Below, piece after piece: positions 54,201 to 64,000 of a stretch of DNA of 64,000 bases. The notes beneath the pieces are model-generated. The model was not told the DNA's origin, did no database searches, and saw nothing but the letters and a program-made list of their open reading frames with translations. Source of the stretch: Thalia democratica (lineage: Eukaryota). The number at the start of each line of letters is the position of its first letter. Position 1 is the first letter of the stretch. The stretch lies in NCBI GenBank assembly GCA_965202585.1, contig OZ241830.1:28706001-28770000 (forward strand), written 5' to 3'. The translations under genes and the position numbers were made by a program.

Positions 54201-57200
54201 GTTTAAACAAAACAAATATAAATAACAGTAGTTACAGTTTTTAAATACCACTTTAACCACGAAAGCTTTCTTAAAACTCGCTTTATTTTTTATTAAACTA
54301 ATTTATTAATTTAGAAATAATTTTATTCTCAGATCTTCCGGAAGATTTCGATGAAAGTCAAAATGCTCCTTTCACTGAAAGACCATTCACTACTACAACT
54401 ATTCTGCGTGAGTTTGTAAAATGAATTTACATAAAGTATAAATAGTCTACTAGAAAATACTGTTAAACCAAAAAGTTCTAAGTATTCGTTAATGTTTACT
54501 ACTTGTCTACCATAAAAGACTGTAAAAGTTTTAAAAGTATCAACTAAGCTGCATTAATTAGATTTTATAAGTACAAATTTGGTTAATAAAAAAGGCAACT
54601 AATAAATTTGTGTGATTTCCAATTTATTTGCTATATTTAAAGTAATTTTCAATTTAAAATAAATTTACACAGTAGTTTTTTAGTTGGAAATAATAGTTTA
54701 ATAGTATGCATGTTTATACTATTCAATTCCAATGTAAAACTTCGTTTTAAACCAGTTGGTTTATTACTAGTTATGTAATATACAAATAAAAATGAAGTCT
54801 GAGTGTTATACAAGTAACAATTGTATTTTGATACGCAGACTACATAAAAATATATTATTTATCAACTATACCTACCTCAGTTAACAAACAAAGGTTCTCA
54901 AAACAAAACTGACAGCAAAAATGTTACAACAGCTTTAGATTCATTAAAACACCCCAACTACAAAAGCTAATATTTTTGCTTAAATTTTGTTTATATTGAT
55001 ATTCAAGCATAGAAATGTTACTAACAGCAACAACGACGCCATCTAGCGTGCACAACACCTCGTGCGGCGGAAACCTGAACCCCGGTAACGAGCCAATCAT
55101 GTTCCACTCTCCGGAATTCCCCTCCGCCTACCCGCCACTTTTGAAATGCGAGTGGGTTATAGCGCCGCTTGGTGGTGAGAGCGTTCAGCTGACGATAGGC
55201 GACGTCGACGTAGAACCATGCTGCGATTCCGTCGAGGTTTGTGACGTCATAAAGTTAAATGTGTGACGTCATGAAACTTTAGTTGTTCTGTGTTTGTTTT
55301 TGTGACAGCAAAAACTATATGAGTTTCGTTGAATAGAGACATCTTTGTGTGAGGTCATAAGTGATCATAAAAATGATAAAATATTGGTATTTCTAAAAAC
55401 GTTTGACAAGACTTCTTCGAAAAGCTTCGGTTGATTTTCGACATAATTTTTAAAGGTGTACGCGGACGGTGTACTGGTTACCGATCAACCGAAAAATTCA
55501 GACAAGTATTTCTACTACCTGTTTGACCCGATGCAGACTGCAAAAGTTGTTTTCACTTCTGATGCTCAGATGGCTGGAAGGGGATTCAGGGGAATCACTA
55601 GATCAGGTTGGCATAATTAAATAGTTGATTTTATTTTTCATGGTTATCGTTGAATGAGATAACTAAAAAAACGCCAAATGTCATACTAAAATAAATATGA
55701 GACCAAAAACAAAGTTTGAGCTTAACATAAGAATTTTTCAACGGTGTTTGAAAGTATTCTACTACACATAGAAAAATACAGGTTTAAAAGTTAATCTTTT
55801 TTTTTTCAACGTTAAGCAATATAATATAAACTAAATTCAATCGTTAGATCAGTTCATTTTGATTTAGTACTTTATATCAAGAACAACAAATCAAGTTTAA
55901 TTATCATTTAGTCCAAAAATATTTTACGCTATTAGCACGGTTAATACACTTTTAAATCAGTTATAATTTTACATTTACTTAAATTTGTTTGACATAAGAC
56001 TTAAAAACTATACTAATACAAGCAGTTGTTTTATATATGCTGCTTTTTGAAATATTTTTTATCTGAAGTTGTCAGTAATACTTTTTATTTTTTTAGTTTA
56101 CACATTTGATGAAAAGCCAACACCTTTGGAGCTACTTAGTGAGATTAAAAAATAAAACTGTTTATTGAAAAGTAACTTCATTTGTTTGAATTTTTTTCTA
56201 ATTTTAGCAACTGTCTAAATATTTTACTGTTGATAGTTATTCTTAATTCAAATAATAGTTTTATTATTAACTTACAAGACTCTTGACTTTCCTGCAAAAT
56301 ATGATAAAATTTGTCAAATTAAGTTTAAAGTATTAGAAGTTTATAAAAATATTTAAGATAAAAAAAACTAGTTTATAGATTACAACAAAGTAAACAAAAT
56401 TCTTTATTCGATACTGTATAATTTGAAGCACAGTAAAAGAACAAATTACTTTAGTATAAAAAATATTGTTCTGTTTTAGTTTATTTTAAATTAAAGGTGT
56501 TTGCGGTTTCGACAAGACAGCAAGTGAAGATCCTCAGTTTTTCGAAACTCCAGGATACCCGTCTAAATACCCGCGCGCGATTGAATGCATTTACGTGATG
56601 CGAGCGCCAACTAGCGACGAAAACGTTGAACTTTTCATCGATCAGGGAGAAACTGAAGACTGTTGTGACAAGTTGTATGTTAGTTGAAGAAAAATTAATA
56701 TTATTTTTTATTTTTATTAGTTGAAGAAAAATACTTTATTCTAAATATTTTTTTTTGTTACACGAAATACGTATAACTGTTACTAAAATTGTATCAATGT
56801 GAAATTTTTAGAACATTTTTCAGACTTTGAAATCGTCCAATAACGTAAAAAAGTAAAATTTCTTAGCACGAAACAGTTAAACTTAATTAGATGTTTGTTT
56901 TAAGTTTTAGAAAATAAAACTATATTTAGTAAACATAGCCAAAAAAATTACACATAAGATTAAAGCATGCAGATTAAAAAGATTAGTTTAAAATTTATTA
57001 CAAAGCATTATTAACATATATTCGTACATACATTTTTTCAACAAAGACTTTCTACGATATTCAGATATACGAAGGCAGTACACTGATAGGAGAAGTTTCA
57101 GGGTTCATCAACTCTCCACGAAGATTCGTGTCTTCGGGATCCGAATTAACCATGATCTTCAGATCCGACAACTCAGAAGAATCCAAAGGAGCAAGAGGAC

Positions 57201-60200
57201 ATTTCAACACTTGTTAGTGAAATTTTATATTCAAAAATACGAATTGTATATAGAATAAAATTTTAAGCAAATATTAAGTAAGCTATTTTAGTACTTTCAA
57301 CGTTTATTAAGTTACAAATTTTGTCAGTATGATTAAATGTTTTTGTTATATTTACTTAAGATTTTTAAACTCAAGCAAGAACAAAGTTAGTTGTTTTTAC
57401 TTGGCTTAAGTGTTATAATATTCTAGTCTGTTGTTTGCAACAACCTTATCAAGATAAAATTTCATATAGGCTTTAAAAGGCTGGATTAATCAATAATATT
57501 TTATTTTACAAAGAGTAGTTTAATATACGTTACGCTAGCAAAAGTACTAAACTATTTATAACTATAGAAAATATAGTTCGAATAACTTTCAAATAAACTT
57601 AAACAAACTTTTCAGTTAGAAGAACTACAACCCCTGTGACAACTACTCAAGCAATTGCGTGTTAGTTATTAGCGTATTGAATATAAAATGAAAAATTTTT
57701 ATAACTGTATCTTATCGAGAAATTATTATAATGGATGAGATTATAGGACTTTAAAAATTGAAAATAATTAATTAAAAACGTATAATTGTTTTCTACTTAA
57801 TTTTTAACTTTAGCACCAAAATCATAAAAACTAGTTTGACAACAAATATTTTTCAACACTAAAATGCTATTTGCGTGATAAAAACTTCATAAAAACTAAT
57901 GTCGGTATTAACTTTTAAACTATACTTGTATTTTAATATATGTACTACTAATAAAATATAAAGTTTAAGTTTAAACTTTTACCTGACAACAGACGGTTGC
58001 GGAGAGGACCTGGTCGCCAGGGAAATTCCCCAGACAGTGACGTCACCTCGTCACCCTGGCAACTACCCCCCGCAATCAAGGTGTCAGTGGGTTATAAGGG
58101 CGCCACCAAGTGATAGTGGTGATAATTTTGTGCACTTCAGCATCGATCAGCTGCAAACTGAACAGTGCTGCGATCATTTGGAGGTTTGAAGTGTTTTTTT
58201 CATAAAAATTATATTTTGTACTATTTTTTCTTTAATATTATAAATCACTAATCGTTGTACTTATATTTATAGGTTTAAAATTATATTTTGGTTATAGGTT
58301 TGTGAAAAAGAAACTTTTTAAATCTAATGATTAGATAAAGCATACTGAAATTGACTAAATTGTTAGTTGTCTCTGTCTAAATTTGGAGTTGTTTCAAAAG
58401 TTAATTACTTAGTTTTACTAATCTTAAAAGTTTTTATTAACAACTTTAATACTTTTAATTATAAAACTTTCTACTGCTCGTTTACAAATTTTACTTTAAC
58501 ACAGTAGTTTGTAAGACTTTAAATAATTGAATTAACTTTCTGTTTTACATTAAAAGTAGCAAGTTTTGATAAACTTAAACGTTGCAGATATTTGACGGAA
58601 ATGAAAAGATGATGCAAATATCAGGAGACTTTATTCAGGAAACTCACTACAGGACCAACAGTGACACCCTGATCATAAAGTTTAAATCTGACAGTTCGGT
58701 GGAACAATCAGGATTTCTCATCAGATACGTCGTAGGTTTGTGACGTATTCGAACGTTAAAGTTGTTTATATAATAAATATAAACAACTTTAACATTTTTA
58801 ACTGAAGTTTTAGACGTCATACACTTCAACTTAAAACATTAAACTTTGATACCAAAATATTTGGAAACTATTGTCTCTTTATATTAAAACTATGTGGTAA
58901 TCTACTTCAGCTATAAAGTAAAAAACAAACAAAAGCAAACCAAAATGTAATAAAACAACATAATATCTATGTGTGTAGCGTATATAATTACAACAAATTA
59001 ATTTATACGTTTTTAAGGTCAAAATGATCAAACAAATCCCTTGCTCAAGACAACACCAGCACCGGAAGCTCCCGACATTGGTCAGTTTTTACAATACCAA
59101 ACTTGTTTTATGTTTTACAAACATAACTTTTAATACGTATACTATTTCCAAATAGTTGTCTACTTAGATATTTATTTTCCATAGTTGTTTTTTTGGCAAA
59201 CAAGTTTACCTTTTTGTATATAATATTTATTTCAATTAATTTTGCCGAGGTACTAATTTTGATGATCAAAAAAAAAACATTAAATTTAGTGTTGTACAAC
59301 CACATTTTAAATTTTACTTAATTACTTATTAGCTTTTGAAAAAAGTTTTTATAGAGTTACGACACTGAGAGCACACTCAGATATTTTTTTTAAACACTTT
59401 ATAGTTTATTAGTTCAAATCTTCGGATGATAAATACTTAAAATAGACCTATTTCGAAAGTAGTACATCACTTTATGTTAGAAAGTTATACTGAAAATAAG
59501 AAAACATTTTTGTAAACATTTGGGTTATAACTTGATTATTCCAGCATGCAAGTATGAAATAAACGCCACCGAATCGAAGCAGTTCATAACATCTCCTGAC
59601 TACCCTGACAACTACCCACTGAATGCTAACTGCACCTGGAAGATAAATATTCCTCATAATCACGTGTTAACACTGTTCATGGAGGAACTTGTTGTGGAGA
59701 AGTGCTGTGATAAGCTCATGGTTGGTGTTGTGTACACAGACTTGTACAAGTATGAATAAACAGGTTAAATTTAACTTTGTTGTACGGGGCGGGGTTTCCT
59801 AAACTTATTTTTATAAAAACGCTGAAATTTAAAAACTGTCTCTACCTATAAGACATCGCCGCATTACTAACTGGTGCCCCCTTGTAGCCAAAATTAAAAA
59901 CTTTCTCTTTATGTGAATCCCTTGTCTAAAGTAAAGATAAAATAAACTGTTTAAAACATTTGTGAAAGACTTTGCGTTGGTCATAATAAGCTTAGATTTA
60001 ACTTAACATGTAAACTAAATAAACACAATTGGTTAAAGTATTACCACTATTCTTTTCAACATATAACAGTAACTTTAATGTGTTAAGTGTTTATATAGAT
60101 ACTTTTAAAACATTTGATTTTTTTATCAAAAACTAGTATTTACATAAAATACAAAATTCTGGTCAAACTTTACAAAATACCACTTTTCAGTTAAAAACCG

Positions 60201-63200
60201 ACAACGGAAGGTGGGCGCAGGTTGGATCCGAAATAACCAGGAAGTCGATCAGGACACCGAGGAAGAACACTTACGAGATTTTCGACACCGAATTCGCCTT
60301 GTTGAGGTTCACAAGCGATTCCGGATACTCCAAGAAGGGGTTCCTGGCTTCTGTTGCAGCGTGTGAGTAAATATTTAGATATAATTTCTGCTTAATTACG
60401 CACTTCATAAGTACGCTCTTATGGTTAAGCACGTACATTTGAATCAAAAAAAAAGAGTACAAAAAAAAAATTTCGCATTTTGTTTAATATGCCCTCACGG
60501 TTAAGTACACTCTTTAGTGTTGCGTTAAGAATGCCTACTAAAGTAAAAAGTTACTGAATATAGATTTTTTTATAATAACTTTCAAAAATGACATTGCTTT
60601 CACATTTGATTTTTGTTTGATAAAGTTTTTTGTTAATAATAATAAAAAAAAAAACTTTTTTATCTTAGATTTTATTTATCAAAATGTTGCCTATTTAAGT
60701 TATTTTATTTGTCTTTTACTACTACATTCAAAATCACAAACATTCAACTAGTTTTCCCAAAACACCATATTCATGTACAAAATGATTTAATTTAAATATT
60801 AAAAACAATATAAGCAACCTATTTCGCAATATATATTTATTGTTTTTTTTTATTATAAAATATCTTAACCGTGTTGTTATTTTAAATATTCGTAAACTGT
60901 TTTGTGAAACTCTTAAATCGTTTCTGTACAAATGCTGAATGAACAAACGAAAATTTTTCAGACAAGGTCACTACAACAACCAACAAACCAAAAACTGTCA
61001 GGTTAACAACAAAGAACAAAACAACAACAAAACCAAGAATAACAACAACAAAATCTACAACAAATCCTAAAATATCATCAACAAAAGCAACTACAACAAT
61101 GAAAACTACGCATTTTGTTACACACGACTGGTTCACGGAAGAACCAACGACAACAATGAAAACTACCACGGCTAAAAGTTAGTTCAAATCATTTTACTGC
61201 AAGCATTAAGTGGGCGAAAACACAAGCTTAAATGCACTAATATCTAAAAAATAAAAGTTGACAGTGAATTGAAACTGCTGTAAGTTTTATATGAGTTTTG
61301 CACTTTGTACACGGTTTAACAATTTGCAAAAACAAACGCGCAGTAAATTAAGTGTTATTAAAAAAATATTTTATCAGAGCTGTATTGATGTTTTTTAGCC
61401 AACTACCTGGTGTCTGCAGAAATTTTGCTGATGATATTTTAAACTTTGTAAAAATTAATAAAATTTTTCATCTTATTATTTCTCGTTTATCTGTTTGTTG
61501 TCAAATGTAAAGCATACTTATAACTGAAATAAGCTATACCTTAGCAATTCACTAACTTTATCAAAAAAGTCCAAGTTACGTCAGTCTATTAATTTGTAAA
61601 TTTTATCAAGACTTTTTTATACATTTAACAAACAATACCAGCGCTTTAGAACCAATTTTGAGCAAACTAGTTCGAACTATTAGTTTCTGGTATATAAATT
61701 TCTATCTAGTTCGTATTTTAGAAATAAGTAGCAGTACTAACTAATATCTAGTTTTTTTTATATTCTTAGTTCATATAAAATTAAATCTAGACTTTTGCTT
61801 TAGAAACAACAAGGATGCCGGATTTGACGACAAAGTATGAAGAAAAAACCTCACCGAAAACATTAAAGAAAACTACGACCAAAAGTAAAATTATTTCCAT
61901 ATGATTTAAGATTTTTTAAAGTAAGAATACATTTAAGTTAAGCAGACTCTACTTCGAAAAAAACTTTTATAGAAAAGGCCGAGTATGTTTTAATGAAATT
62001 TGTAGATATATAAAATATAAAGTTGTAGGTTTTTAAGTAAACATCTAACTTATGAGTAAAACTATGCTTTTTAATTTCTTTTTAAATTATAGATCAAATA
62101 AAGACTACACAGTTTATTACTCATGATTGGTTTACTGAGGCGCATACTACGACTAGTGAGCAGTCAAATACTCAGAGTGTACAGGCAACCACTCAGAATA
62201 ATCAGAAAACCACTCAAAATGAACAGACAACTACTCAAAATGAACAGACAACTACTCAAAATGAACAGACAACTGCTCAAAATGAACAGACAACTACTCA
62301 AAATGAACAGGCAACTACTCAAAATGAACAGACAACAACTCAAAATGAACAGGCAACTACTCAAAATGAACAGGCAACTACTCAAAATGAACAGGCAACT
62401 ACTCAAAATGAACAGACAACTACTCAAAATGAACAGACAACTACTCAAAGTAAACAGGAAACTACTCAAAATGGACAGACAACTACTCAAAATGAACAGG
62501 CAACTACTCAAAGTGAACAGACAACTACTCAAAATAATCAGGAAACCTCTCAAAGTGAACAGGCAACTACTCAAAATGAACAGACAACAACTCAAAATGA
62601 ACAGACAACTACTCAAAGTGAACAGACAACTACTCAAAATAATCAGGAAACCTCTCAAAGTGAAGAGGCAACTACTCCAAATGCTGAGACAACAACTCAG
62701 AGTAAGACTTTTTATAGATACAAAATATATTGAACATAATCTTTAGCTTAGTAATTATAAAAAAACAGTTTGGAAAATTTTTAAACTTAGATTTTTTCCT
62801 TATGAACTGTACCACTAGTTATGCATACTAAAAGTATATTATAAAAAGTAAAGCTTGATTTACAGTTCAAAAGTAGTTCATTTAAAAAGAAGGTTCATTA
62901 AAATTGTTTTTGCAGAATTTACTACAAGGGTTCCAACAACTAAAAAGTTTTCGACCCTTCATTCCCTTCTACCAGGTAGATTTTATTTAATAACTTTCTA
63001 AATTAAAGTAAATTTATATATGTTGTATATATTTGTATCATGTATATTGTTATTTTGCAGAAAACATCACTGCAACTACAACTGGCACTGACAGGACTAC
63101 TGGTAAATTTGTTATTTACTTCTAGTTAACTATCTTTGGAAAATTTAATACAGACATTTTTAGACATTATTAGAAATAAGATACAAGTTCAAAGATCATC

Positions 63201-64000
63201 ATTTAAGACTTATAACTTTTTCACCACAGAGCAGCCAATTTTACCGGGTCCAACCTGCATGATCGGCACAGTTGTGTGGGTGAACAACGTTGCGACTACG
63301 AGGAAGGAAATCGTCGAAACGACGTGTCCTGCTGGGCAAAAGTGCATTACGACCCAATCAAGCTACTTACCTCTCAGCAACGAAATGACTAGTTTGTATT
63401 TCGTTTAAATTCATCTAAAAACAGTTTTACCCTTTAAGTTTCAATCAGCAGCAGTACACCATTCACTATACAGTGACGACACAATGACTAGTTTGTAACA
63501 CTTAAGTTGGTCATAAAATTTTATTAATTATGAAAAATATATTCTTTTTAAGGCTTGTAAATTCTAAAGGAATACAAATGTTCAGTTTTTGAATTGTATT
63601 TAAAATAAAAAATTTCATGTTCTCTAATTATCATTTCACAAATCGTTTTAACAAACTTTTACATAAATCCTTTTTAAAAATTGTTTATGATTTTTTTTAC
63701 TGTTTCTAGTATCACTGACGGAAGGAAGATGTTACAACGACTGCAGTTACAACTGCGATTTGTTAAAGAAACAGAACAACTTGAACATGAGGTATACAAT
63801 CATTATATATATATATATATATATTAGTTTAAAAACAATAACAGTTTTAAAATCAGGATGCTTGAGTGCACATCTACTTGTTGTGACAATGAGACCTGTG
63901 TGGAGCAAAACCTTGGGCTTGAAAGTCACGAAGTTGATACACAACTCACTAGTGCGAACGTTAAGATGACCACTGCAAGAACAAATCTTGAGAGATCAAC
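39269..64000 (+). CDS. Large secreted or cell-surface multi-CUB protein: signal peptide, 10 CUB domains, Thr-rich mucin stalk, Ly6/uPAR-like domain; 3' end outside the window
   Basis: 35 phase-consistent GT-AG exons, ~1790 codons, no internal stop: 39269-39347, 41662-41798, 41990-42067, 43584-43755, 45314-45462, 45919-46078, 47196-47377, 47899-48079, 48323-48525, 48852-49020, 49208-49327, 49986-50097, 50263-50350, 50880-51093, 51863-52044, 53578-53758, 54333-54407, 55028-55236, 55456-55606, 56497-56678, 57065-57212, 57616-57660, 57993-58183, 58588-58735, 59018-59080, 59545-59720, 60191-60362, 60962-61177, 61804-61884, 62093-62701, 62916-62975, 63061-63102, 63230-63391, 63710-63791, 63857-64000+. 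Starts MHITTSLLVIAATISICANC. CUB motifs CG..SP.(Y/F)P..Y..C.W.I..TE.CCD.L..F.SD..GF recur. Confidence 0.88.
41662..60362 (+). other. Ten tandem CUB domains, mostly split by a phase-0 intron after the CCDxLx motif
   Basis: CUB4, 5 and 7-10 are near canonical (e.g. CKYEINATESKQFITSPDYPDNYPLNANCTWKI...EKCCDKLM). CUB1-3 and 6 are divergent and lack some cysteines. Confidence 0.85.
42980..43140. promoter_or_regulatory. CpG-rich intronic patch with AP-1 (TGAGTCA) and CRE (TGACGTCA) sites; candidate enhancer
   Basis: TGAGTCA at ~43017 and TGACGTCA at ~43086 lie in a locally CpG-dense stretch. A similar patch with a CRE is at 40440-40600. Confidence 0.3.
62093..62701 (+). repeat. Mucin-like exon with a 21-bp repeat encoding NEQ(T/A)TTQ (~23-24 units)
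   Basis: AATGAACAGACAACTACTCAA units at ~62190-62700. The correct frame is set by the phase-1 acceptor at 62092 and donor at 62702. Confidence 0.9.
63230..63905 (+). other. Ly6/uPAR (three-finger)-like domain over three exons
   Basis: Spliced sequence carries exactly 10 Cys: TCMIG..TCPAGQKCIT..GRCYNDCSYNCDLL..LECTSTCCDNETCV, ending in a CC-x4-C motif like the LU CCxxDxCN. Confidence 0.65.

Noticed and set aside
62123-62746. 207-aa MNRQLLK ORF and antisense LSSCLFI ORF
   Set aside because: Alternative frames of the 21-bp repeat. Splice phase fixes the NEQTTTQ frame.

Overview
Very AT-rich, intron-rich eukaryotic (metazoan) DNA with GC-rich exons. The CUB-domain style (TExCCD) and strong TGACGTCA enrichment suggest a tunicate-like invertebrate chordate, but this is inference. 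Three spliced genes can be rebuilt by hand. (1) A minus-strand, 8-exon cyclin B-like gene (14750-18517) with intact splice sites but one in-frame TAG, a degenerate MRAIL patch and no visible destruction box. (2) A plus-strand, 4-exon gene (28742-30701, 375 aa) with an N-terminal octapeptide repeat and a DUF3605/GIG1/Htc1-type HIT-like domain, a family I know mainly from fungi, other non-animal eukaryotes and viruses. (3) A plus-strand gene of at least 35 exons (39269 to beyond 64000): signal peptide, 10 CUB domains, a Thr-rich mucin stalk with a 21-bp repeat, and a 10-Cys Ly6/uPAR-like domain. The first 12 kb is an ~8.1-kb-spaced direct duplication enclosing a ~750-bp tandem array. Intergenic DNA holds a foldback-like element with a 9-bp TSD, a MULE-type MITE with a 9-bp TSD, a CAGGG-TIR MITE family with 6-bp TSDs, a decayed hAT transposase, a perfect 56-bp inverted repeat and a 162-bp tandem array. 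No tRNA, rRNA or CRISPR array was found. All alignments and family assignments were made by eye.
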